From contig NC_057753.1 of assembly GCF_004010195.1 (NCBI RefSeq), positions 9,748,455 through 9,768,454 of the forward strand: a stretch of DNA of 20,000 bases, given 5' to 3'. Of this stretch, positions 9,939 through 19,689 are shown piece by piece; positions within the stretch are counted from its first letter, which is position 1; every line of letters starts with the position of its first letter. The position numbers and the translations under genes are program-made. A model generated the notes under the pieces. That model saw only the letters and a program-made list of their open reading frames with translations, ran no database searches and was not told the origin of the DNA. This DNA comes from Chiloscyllium plagiosum (Eukaryota).

Positions 9939-10240
9939 TACTCACAGACGTTGGACAGAGGAAAGAATTTGCAGTCTGGGTGAAGCTCAATCTTCATTCA
10001 GAGACAGTAGCAGCTTCAGAAGCTCATGGTCCAACGCCCACATTCAGACGATGGAGTGGCTCTGAATGGCAGGAGGACCAGACTCCTTCCGGTCCTCCAG
10101 GGCTCCCTATTGGTTCATCAAGAAAAGGTCGCGCGCCTTTTTCTGCTGACAGCGATGAGCAGGCCCGATGGTTTGTTGACACTGGTGGACATGCGCACGG
10201 CTTTGCTGACACCGGCAAACATGCGTGGTATGCCCTACGT
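9939..10240 (-). promoter_or_regulatory. Possible further promoter/first exon (minus strand)
   Basis: Local CpG enrichment, CCAAT on minus (ATTGG 10109-10113), CATGCGCA motif near 10190, consensus donor GTGAGTA at 9945-9939. Confidence 0.35.
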
Positions 10241-10654
10241 GGATGCTAGTGTTCCCGACAGATTTTAAGTGTCCAAACGCCAAAAGGAAAAAAAGGGCAA
10301 AGCCACAAATGTCTTTCCCCATGTGGTTCGACATTTTATTGCTTTTGCATTTTGTCTCGTTTCTCAATTTTTATATGTCTTTTCCCCTTGTTGAGAGACA
10401 GTGTGTCCCAGTGAGCTGTCTGTGGGAAGGAGCTATAACCAGTTACACAGATTGAAGAAATATTACATTATTCAAAGCAGGGAGTGACTGTACACGCTTC
10501 CTGAGTATGATCACAGTTTCAATTGTTCATCGGAAATACAGAGCCAAAAGGACACCAAGAACTGCGGAGAAGTCGTGGGAATGTGGGGACTATGAGAAGG
10601 GATTCCATTCCCTGTCGGCACTGCCTGATTACCTTGAACTTATACAAGTGCCCT

Positions 10655-11190
10655 GTCATAACATCTTTAATAATAGCTTTGAACATTTTCTCTATGACAT
10701 ATGTTAAATGTAAACAGTCTGCAGATTCCTGTTGTCTGTCTTCCTTTTTGAAGAAAAGAGTTTACCAATCTTAAGAAACCTTCCCTAACACTAATGAGGT
10801 TTGGAAAATTAAAACCAATGTATTAACTATTTCACTAGCTAGTTTTTCTTTAAGAGTCTAGGATGAAATCCTTCGGATACCTGGGACTTGTCAACTCGTA
10901 GTTCCAACAGTTTACTCAGTACTACTTCCCTGGTAATTGTAATTTTCTTCAGTTCTTCCCTCCCTTTCAATTCCTGATTTACAGCTAGTTCCAGGGTGTC
11001 ACTTGTATGTCTCTAGTGAAGACAGATTCAAGCTCTTTTCAATTCATCTGCCATCTCTTTATCCTGTTATTGAATCCCCAGACTCATTTTTTGTGAAACT
11101 AACACTTAATTTGTTAACTTTTTTTTAAGAAAAGCTGATGAAACTTTCCAACCTGTTTTTATATTTTTGGCTAACTTTCCAACTCTAATT
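10655..11190 (-). mobile_element. Old CR1 LINE ORF2 fragment (region N-terminal to and start of RT)
   Basis: Minus strand yields degenerate DKSQVSEGFHPRLLRK...IVNTLVLIFQ...FKKEDR...LTYVIEKMFKAIIKD, matching the CR1 pattern KSPGPDGIHPRVLKE...IFQ...FKKG...LTSVVGK..E.IIKD. Confidence 0.75.
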
Positions 11191-11839
11191 GCTGTGCGAC
11201 TGCCTGCATTATTTCTGCTGTTTTGCCCCAGCTCTCAACTCTAGCATCAACTTGTCTGCTTATTCTATTGAACTGACCTTGGTTAAGTGTTGCAAAATCT
11301 TTCCTCTCCAGAAAGCCTGAGTACTTAACATTCACTTTGAAGTATTGTTCATTAAAACTTTACCAAGCACACACTACAGATTCAATATCCCACAACAGCA
11401 CCCAGTTTTGTTATGACCTTTAATTTTGAAGAGAAATCTGAATATCTAGTGATTAACTGGAAGAACTGTTCGCGAAGTTTTCACATTTTTAAACAAAAAA
11501 AAAACAATTGGAGTAATTTAGCAGAATAGCATGTATGGCCTTAAATTGTAAATCGAGTTTACTTCCGAGTGATGGAGCAGGTCCACACCAGATGAGGATC
11601 TAAAATCTTGATTTAAGATGTTATCAGGAGCAAGAAGTGTGTATAAGCTTTTATGAACCACAAAATGACATCTCAATATAAAGTAATATAACAAAATGGC
11701 TTTAGGGTGCAAATTAATACCATGTTTAAAATGGCTAAAAGCTGTATTTCTGCATTCCTGATCTAACTGAATTACAGATTAAGCAAACAATACTTTCTTC
11801 ATAGTTTGAATCGAATTAAGCTAGATAAGACATTACTGA

Positions 11840-12330
11840 CCATCCTGGCACCCAGATTTTCACAATGCAGTGAGGAAAAGAGCTGAAGCGTGTTTAATTT
11901 GTAAACAAACAAGATGCATGCTCTAAGAGGGATGCCCTGTGTTTGTTTGTTAACCACCTCCTTACCCGGTCGGCCTTTTTACTTGTCTATAACTTGCTTT
12001 TATAGAATCACCTCACATACATTGTTATGAATATTGTCTAATAACAGTAGATGTATTTAGTAGATGAATCAAAACCATCCCAATGGCTGAAACAGCTGAC
12101 ACTGTAGTGTTGGACAAGTGGGAAATATTTGCATCAATTAACCAAAACTCTTCAAAGTTTACATTCATGGGTACGCCAAGCCTAGGAATTAGGACTGGGA
12201 TATATTGGAGTCAAGATGGAAAGGCCCGTTCCTCATCCTGCTGGTCACCCATTCAGCAGTCATGGTCAAGGGGAGGCCGCATGGATGCACAGGACGCAAT
12301 GCAAGAGAGCGCCACCCCCTGCAGGAACAC
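11840..12330 (+). pseudogene. pol: ERV-C pol integrase remnant with internal deletions
   Basis: WHPDFHNAVRKRAEACLIC (Zn-binding CxxC 11891-11902), L*LAFIESP...YEYCLITVDVFSR*IKTIP (start of catalytic core), KYLHQLTKTLQSLH, LESRWKGPFLILLVTHSAVMV...WMHRTQCKRA (GPY/F C-terminal domain). Confidence 0.88.
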
Positions 12331-12945
12331 CTGAAGGCCCCGTCAGAGAGACATCTTCAGCCTTCATCCATGAATGGCTCAGCCTGATCGTTCTGCTTTT
12401 CTGTGCAATCTTCCTTATCTTTCTTTCACTGACTATGTTTGATTGGGACACAACGGATAGCCTGATAACCTGTAGTAAATGGGAATTACAGTTTAATACT
12501 TTTCTTTACAGGACATACCTTTATGCAGAAAAGGACAATCGCTCCAGCTGCTGGGTTTGCGCCAAGCCTAGGAATTAGGACTGGGATATATTGGAGTCAA
12601 GATGGAAAGGCCCGTTCCTCATCCTGCTGGTCACCCATTCAGCAGTCATGGTCAAGGGGAGGCCGCATGGATGCACAGGACGCAATGCAAGAGAGCGCCA
12701 CCTCCTGCAAGAACACCTGAAGGCCCCGTCAGAGACACATCTTCAGCCTTCATCCATGAATGGCTCAGCCTGATCATTCTGCTTTTCAGTGCAATCTTCC
12801 TTATCTTTTTTTCACTAACTATGTTTGATTGGGACACAATGGGTAGCCTGATAACCTGTAGTAAATGGGAATTACAGTTTAATACTTTTCTTTACAGGAC
12901 ATACCTTTATGCAGAAAAGGACAATCGCTCCAGCTGCTGGGTTTG
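12174..12945 (+). repeat. 386-bp tandem duplication spanning the pol/env junction
   Basis: 12174-12559 and 12560-12945 differ by about 9 substitutions by manual comparison; CGCC microhomology at the junction. Confidence 0.97.
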
Positions 12946-14316
12946 GGCCCATATTTCCATCCATTCCAAGGGATGGATCCTCCTGAGATCCATACCTTTT
13001 AATGAATCTGACCCTGCTGAATGGGGGCTGCATCAGGGTCATTCTGCTGCTGTCACAACTTTTCACACCCCCCTGGTTTCCTTAAGTTAGGGGTTGTCCA
13101 AAACACTTCCAGGGATAACACCTGCCTCCGCTGGTGATCAGCGGATACAGGATGGACACATTTAAAGGTTGGATCCAGCCTCAATACAATCCCTCCCATA
13201 CACCCCCTCCCTGTTCTTCACCAATCTCACGGCCATGACTCCACCTCTAGGAAATATTTGCATCAAGAGCAAGCAGCCCTCAGGATGCCAGGATGATTTA
13301 AGTAAATGTCTGCACTCCCTACTCCTTCCTTCAATTGCTTACTGGTCCACTGTGGACAGCAGCATATTTAACCTCAGGGTTCCCACAAGACCACCATCAA
13401 TTCCTCATTTACCACCTTTTGGACTGGAGCCCAGTGCAATCATCTATTGCACTTCAACAGCACTGATTTCTTTTGTGGTCTTATGGCCTACTCCTGGCTG
13501 CCTACCTCCTGGACTGGCAGCTGGTATTTAGGTTATGTTGTCCCTTTCCTTTACCACTCCCACACTTTGCCTTTTGAGAATTCCAAACAACACATCAAGA
13601 GAGCACTCACAACTTTTCGGGACATTTTCTCTACCTTCTCCCCTCCCTATGCTACCCTCCACCTTGATGTTGAGATTTGGCGAATTGCTACCACTCTGGA
13701 AGAGATTGCCAATGCCACATCTTCAGCCTTTGACCTGCTCAATGCAGGGAAGGTCGTTGTCCGCACCATTACTCTCCAAAATCACATTGCCCTCGACTAC
13801 CTGTTAGCCGAGAAAGGAGGCACTTGTATCCTTATCGGCTCTGACTGCTGTACCTACATCCCTGACTCCAGTGAGAACATTACTATCATTGCCGCCCACA
13901 TTCACAAGGCGGCCTCCTCCCTCCATGACACTACTCCCCGTTGGGACCTTTGGACATGGATGGGTGGCTGCTTGGCTCTTGGGCTTCTGCCCTCCTCCAG
14001 GGCCTTGTGCTTCTCATTTCTGGTTTTGTTCTGCGAGCACTTACCATTATTTTCCTGAAACAGTGCTGTGCCCATTTCGGCTGCCTTCCGATGCCAAATA
14101 TCCCAGCATCTTTCCAACTTGTGTGGCTTCCCTTTTCTGACATTCCCCCACCAATGGATGGTTTCACTGACTCTCACTCTCTCGATCCTGTTGACTCTGA
14201 CTATGACAGTTACCTGGGTGACACTAAACCCCCAACACCAACAAACCCCACTGGGTCCGCTATGTCCCTCCTTTTGCCAGTTCCTCTGAACTGCCCTCCT
14301 GATTTGCTGAAAGAAA
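12750..14316 (+). pseudogene. env: ERV-C env, nearly full length, frameshifted (gamma-type)
   Basis: Hydrophobic leader WLSLIILLFSAIFLIFFSL, NTFLY...NRSSCWV(C/W)AH, FFCGLMAYSWLPTSWTGSWYLG, cleavage site HIKR (13591-13602), ISD LQNHIALDYLLAEKGGTC (13774-13827), CX6CC (13825-13851), TM anchor in shifted frame, long tail. Start codon not determined. Confidence 0.93.
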
Positions 14317-15017
14317 GTGGGGTCTGAGGGCGGAGGTGCGGGATGTAGACGAGATGCGTTGGAGGGCATCTTAAACCACGTGAGAAGGGAAATTGCAGTC
14401 TCTAAAGAAGGAGGCCCTCAGACCCCACCCTCTCCAACCGTAACAAGGACAGAACGCCCCCTGGTGCTACTTTACACCCTACCAATCTTCGCAACGTGAG
14501 AAGGGAAATTGCAGTCTCTAAAGAAGGAGGCCCTCAGACCCCACCCCCTCCAACCGTAACAAGGACAGAACGCCCCTGGTGCTCACTTTACACCCTACCA
14601 ATCTTCGCATAAACCAAATCATCCACCGACATTTCTGCCATCTCCAAACAGACCCCACCACAAGGGATATATTTCCCTCCCCACCCCTTTCCCCTTCCGC
14701 AAAGACCATTCCCTCCGTGACTACCTGGTCGGGTCCACGCCCCCCTACAACCCACCCTCCCATCCTGGCACTTTCCCCTGCCACCGCAGGAACTGTAAAA
14801 CCTGTGCCCACACCTCCTCCCTCATCTCTATCCAAGGCCCTAAAGGAGCCTTCCACATCCATCAAAGTTTTACTTGCACATCCACTAATATCATTTGTTG
14901 TATCCGTTGCTCCCGATGTGGTCTCCTCTACAGTGGGGAGACTGGGCGCCTCCTAGCGGAGCGCTTTAGGGAACATCTCCGGGACACCCGCACCAATCAA
15001 CCAAACCGCCCCGTGGC

Positions 15018-15111
15018 NNNNNNNNNNNNNNNNNNNNNNNNNNNNNNNNNNNNNNNNNNNNNNNNNNNNNNNNNNNNNNNNNNNNNNNNNNNNNNNNNNN
15101 NNNNNNNNNNN
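15018..15111. other. Assembly gap (N run)
   Basis: Run of N. Confidence 1.
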
Positions 15112-15371
15112 CCCAGGGCATCAATGTGGACTTCAACAGTTTCCTCATTTCCCCTTCCCCACCTCACCCTAGTTCTAAACTTCTAGCTCAGCACTGTCCC
15201 CATGACTTGTCCAACCTGCCTATCTCCTTTTCCACCTATCCACTCCACCCTCTCCTCCCTGACCTATCACCTTCATCCCCTCCCTCACTCACCCATTGTA
15301 TTCTATGCTACTTTCTCCTCACCCCCACCGTCCTCTAGCTTATCTCTCCACGCTTCAGGCTCTCTGCCTTT

Positions 15372-15408
15372 ATTCCTGATGAAGGGGCTTTTGCCCGAAA
15401 CGTCGATT
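15372..15408 (+). ncRNA. Minimal type I hammerhead ribozyme motif at Penelope 3' terminus
   Basis: attc-CTGATGA-ag-gggc tttt gccc-GAAA-CGTC-gatt. Confidence 0.65.
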
Positions 15409-15461
15409 TTGCTGCTCCTTGGATGCTGCCTGAACTGCTGTGCTCTTCCAGCACCACTAAT

Positions 15462-17441
15462 CTAGGACCCAAGGGCACAGCCTTAGAATAAAGGGAAAAC
15501 CTTTTAGACTGGAGATAAGGAGGAACTTCTTCAGCCAATGAGTGGTGAATCCGTGGAATCCATTGCCAACGAATGCTGTGCAGGCCAGGTCACTGAGGAT
15601 ATTTAAGACTGAGCTAGATAGGTTCTTGAGTATCAAGGAGATTGAGGGTTATGGGGAGAAAGCTGGAGAATGGGTTTGAGAAACTGATCAGCCACAATCA
15701 TATGGTATGAACAGATCTGATGGGCTGAATGGCCTAATTTCTGCTCCTGTGTCTTATGGTCTCTTGCTGTCCTGGACACAGTGGGAGAATTGGGAGCAGG
15801 AGCAGGCTTTTTGGTCTTTCAAGCCTGCACCAGCATTGAACAGATCATAACTGAATATGAATATACTTACATCCAGGTGGATGGCTGAGACTTTTTCACT
15901 GGAGCACAGGAGGTTGAGAGGTGACCTGAAACAAGTTTAAAAAACCATGAGGAGTATAGATGAAGTGAATGGCAGGTGCAGTTTCCTTAGGGTGGGGGTT
16001 TAAAGATTAGGGAGCAAATTCTTAAGATGAGAGGAGAAAGATTTTAAAAAGATTTCAAAATATATTTTAAAAAAAAGACATGAGGAGCATTTTTTTTTTG
16101 AGTGGTTTGTGTGTGGAATGAACGTCCAGAGGAAGTGGTGGAAGCAGGTATGGTTACAACGACATTTGGAGAATTACATGAATATGAAAGCTTTAGAGGG
16201 ACATGGGCCAAAAGCTGGTAAGTGGGACAAGTTTAGTTTGAGAACTAGTCAGCATGGATTAATTGAGATCAAGGGTCTGTTTCTGTGCTGTCTGACTCTG
16301 TAACCGTTCTGTACTGGTCTTAAAACTATTTTCTTGCTTTCACCCATAAACTCCACTTTCAAGGAACTATGAACCTGCACTCCAAGGTCTCTTTCTTCTG
16401 CAACTTTTCCAGGTAAGTCCTGCCTGGATTGCTTGACCAAAATGCAACACCTCACATTTCTCTAAATTAAACTCCATCTAGCACACTTTAGCCCGTCACC
16501 CCATCTGATCAATTCTAATTTAGAGTGAACTCTCTTTCCTCTCTCATTCCCCAGAAGTTAAAAATCTACATCCCACACACTCCCTCCATTCTCACTTTGC
16601 TGAACCTAATCCCTACTGTACCTCATGCTGATTAACAGGCCCACACTCGGGGGCGGGGGGGGGGGGTATCTAATTGAAACATACAGAATACTGAATGGCC
16701 TGGATAGAATGGAAGTTGGGAAGATGTTTTCATTCAAAGGAGAGACTAGAACCAATGGGCACAGCCTGAGAGTAGATTAGATTAGATTCCCTACAGTGTG
16801 GAAACTGGCCCTTTGGCCTAACTAGTCGACACCGACCCTCTGAAGAGTAACCCACCCAGACCCATTCTCCCTTATTTACACCTATTGGCAATTTCGCATG
16901 ATCAGTTCACCTAACCTGCACATCTTTAGTCTGTGGGAGGAAACCAGAGCACCCGGAGGAAACTCATGCAGACACAGGGAGAATGTGCAAACACAGACAG
17001 TCACTCGAGTAAAAGGAAGATCTTTTAGAATGGAGATAAGGAGAAACTTCTTCAGCCAGATACAGTGAATCTGTGGATGTCACAGAAGGCTGTGGAGGCC
17101 AGGTCAGTTTAAGACTGAGATGGAGACATTCTTGAGTATCAAGGGGATCGAGGGTTATGGGGAGTAAGTGGGAAAATGGGGTGGAGAAACTTATCAGCCA
17201 TGATTGAATAGTGGAGCAGACCTGATGGGCTGAATGGCCTAATTTCTGCTCCTATGTCGTTTGGTCTCTTGCTGTCCTGGACATAGTGTGAAAATTGGGA
17301 GCAGGAGTAAGCCAGTTGGTCTTTCAAGCCTGCACCAGCATTGAACAGATCATAACTGAATACATCTAGGTGGATAGTCTGGGACTTTTTCATTGGAGGA
17401 GGTTGAGAGGTGGCCTTGCAGAGGTTTATAAAATCATGAGG
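15462..17441 (+). repeat. Composite ~1.28-kb repeat unit, tandem copies B (partial, 15462-16350) and C (16351-17441)
   Basis: ctaggaccca (15462) recurs as ctagaacca (16746); downstream order of segments is conserved and matches 7112-8920. Confidence 0.85.
16775..17006 (-). mobile_element. HE1-type SINE, 5'-truncated
   Basis: (GATTA)n tail at left, reverse complement of the SINE core, TSD GAGTA at 16770-16774 and 17007-17011. Confidence 0.9.
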
Positions 17442-17550
17442 CACAGAGAGACATGCTTTTTCTGGAACCCTACAGGAGTTTTCTGATCACAGCATCATGC
17501 AGTACAGAAAAGGCCCTTTGTCCCACCAAATTATTGCCACTTACACTAGA

Positions 17551-18050
17551 NNNNNNNNNNNNNNNNNNNNNNNNNNNNNNNNNNNNNNNNNNNNNNNNNN
17601 NNNNNNNNNNNNNNNNNNNNNNNNNNNNNNNNNNNNNNNNNNNNNNNNNNNNNNNNNNNNNNNNNNNNNNNNNNNNNNNNNNNNNNNNNNNNNNNNNNNN
17701 NNNNNNNNNNNNNNNNNNNNNNNNNNNNNNNNNNNNNNNNNNNNNNNNNNNNNNNNNNNNNNNNNNNNNNNNNNNNNNNNNNNNNNNNNNNNNNNNNNNN
17801 NNNNNNNNNNNNNNNNNNNNNNNNNNNNNNNNNNNNNNNNNNNNNNNNNNNNNNNNNNNNNNNNNNNNNNNNNNNNNNNNNNNNNNNNNNNNNNNNNNNN
17901 NNNNNNNNNNNNNNNNNNNNNNNNNNNNNNNNNNNNNNNNNNNNNNNNNNNNNNNNNNNNNNNNNNNNNNNNNNNNNNNNNNNNNNNNNNNNNNNNNNNN
18001 NNNNNNNNNNNNNNNNNNNNNNNNNNNNNNNNNNNNNNNNNNNNNNNNNN
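17551..18050. other. Assembly gap (500 N)
   Basis: Run of N; probably hides the promoter of the downstream ZNF gene. Confidence 1.
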
Positions 18051-18196
18051 AAGTGGCCCTGTCAGTTTCAGAGTGAAACTCCCTCCCTCTGGAGGAACTG
18101 TTCATCCTGGGAAGGCGAGAGAGGGGAGGGGTGGAAATCTGTTCACTTGTAGCAGCTGGAGTGAATCCAGGGAGGGAGCAGATTCTGCAAACTCAG
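18051..18196 (+). other. Putative non-coding exon 1 of the ZNF gene (donor CAG|GTATGT at 18197; acceptor TTTTACAG| at 19299)
   Basis: Consensus splice signals and homology to the promoter-adjacent segment at 2545-2680 (minus). Confidence 0.6.
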
Positions 18197-18259
18197 GTAT
18201 GTGTCTTAATTACCTGGGTGAGGAGAGATGGAAGGATGGGGTGGGGCTGTTTTCCCCAA

Positions 18260-18780
18260 AGTCTGAAGGGTGACATTACAGACGTTTTATAGAATCCTGA
18301 GGGGCATGGATAGGGTCAATACTCAAGGTCTTTTCCTTCGGAGGGGGGAGTCCAGAACGAGAGGGTAATAGGTTTCCGGTAAGGCCGGGGTGGGGAGATG
18401 TAAAAGAGATCTTAGGGGAAACTTTTTTGATGGAGAGGGTGGTGCAGTTATGGAATGAGCTGCCAGACGAGGTGGTGGGTTTGGTACAATTCCAGCAGTT
18501 AAAAGGCACGTGGATGGGTGTATGAATACGAAGGGTTCAGTGGGTCGGGGCCAAGTGATGGCAAATGCGACTGGAGTCATAGAGATGTACAGCACGGAAA
18601 CAGATCCTTTGGTCCAACTCATTCTTGCCGAACAGATAGCCAACCCAATTTAGTCCCAGCTGCCAGCACCCGGCCCATATAGGGGCTAAGTGATGGCAAA
18701 TGTGGCTAGATTAATGTAGGATATCTGGTCAGCTCGGACAAGTTGGACCAAAGGGTATGTTTCCGTGCTGTATGACTCTA
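18260..18780 (+). mobile_element. CR1/HER1-type LINE 3' fragment in the ZNF intron, with a short inverted piece at ~18578-18680
   Basis: Matches other LINE 3' ends in the window (gagggtggtg...tggaatgagctgccaga...gtttccgtgctgtatgactcta). Confidence 0.8.
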
Positions 18781-19337
18781 ATTATCTTTGGTGAAAGCAG
18801 AAGTTTTGGTTGTGAAGACTGGACTTTCAGAGCAGCTTTCAAAGGTGTTTTGCCCTGACTGGGAGCAGAAGAGTTTCACTGAAGTGTATCGGTGTTAATG
18901 CCTTGATGTCTCAATTTGCTCCCACCTTCCTGGGGACGTTAACCATTTTATTCCACAAATAGCTGCATTGCAGGTTACCCCATGAATTGACACACTTATG
19001 TTTGCTTCCCAGAATCAGACCTGCTCACTGTCAACTGTATCCCAGTGTTGTGGAGTTATCCAAAATGCAGAGAGATGTCAGTCTTGACGTTTTTGCTTTT
19101 CTGCCCCTTTAAGATTCTGAATCAGCACCTTCAGGGAATTAGTTAGAGTGGAGTGCGAACAGAGGGGGAGAGAGAGTGGAATGGTGCTTTCAATTTGTGG
19201 AATAACAAAAGAAAAGAATATTCCACAGAAAGTAGAATTCCTTGTTCAGAATTTCTACCCTGCATTGACAGTGATGGCTTTTGTAATCTCTTTTTACAGA
19301 GCATTTGAAGATCTGAAGATGGAAGTTTCAAAATCAA

Positions 19338-19455
19338 CAGATGAAGGCCTTATGCCCAAAATGTTGACTCTCCTGCTCCTCAGATGATGCCTGACCTGCT
19401 GTGCTTTTCCAGCGCCACACTTTCTGACTCTCCAGTGTCTGCAGTCCTCACTTTG
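19338..19455 (+). mobile_element. Degenerate short Penelope-derived element within the predicted ZNF 5'UTR
   Basis: gatgaaggccttatgcccaaaatgttgactctcctgctcc...tgcagtcctcacttt aligns with 9020-9140; hammerhead boxes are mutated. Confidence 0.8.
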
Positions 19456-19689
19456 ACAGTCACTCAATCCATCAGGACCGCAACGGTTTTCAACTATGAT
19501 TCTGTGAGAAGTAGCAAAGCGTTTTGGTTCCTGTTTGAGTACGTTTTCAGCATCAGTGGGACTAGATGAGAGACCCTACCATTGCAGTGCACTGAGTGTG
19601 GAGCCTGAAGCAGTTATATGGCCTGGAAAGAGGGATTCACAGTGGGGAATAGGCTCTGCACACGTTTGTGTGTGGCTGAAGCTCCGGCC

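Larger units (their letters stand above)
14317..15462 (+). mobile_element. Penelope-like retroelement (Neptune-like), 5'-truncated with 5' inversion; spans an assembly gap
   Basis: PGTFPCHRRNCKTC Cys motif, then NIICCIRCSRCGLLYSGETGRLLAERFREH (mutated GIY-YIG); 14317-14415 is inverted upstream ORF sequence; 3'UTR and hammerhead motif after the gap. Confidence 0.9.

Noticed and set aside
9497..10249. 250-aa ORF on + strand
   Set aside because: Non-ATG start; runs through a low-complexity Penelope 3'UTR and GC-rich promoter-like DNA; no recognisable domain.
11190..11420. Possible 5' LTR end of ERV-C (ATTAAA...CCCACAACA at ~11397)
   Set aside because: No TGG primer-binding site follows, no clear LTR start, and no matching 3' LTR is visible in the window.
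13902..14865. Minus-strand ORFs of 155 and 115 aa as accessory genes
   Set aside because: Antisense to C-rich env and Penelope sequence, crossing element junctions; no independent coding signal.
17453..18273. Long ORFs of 207-258 aa
   Set aside because: Artefacts of translating through the 500-N gap.
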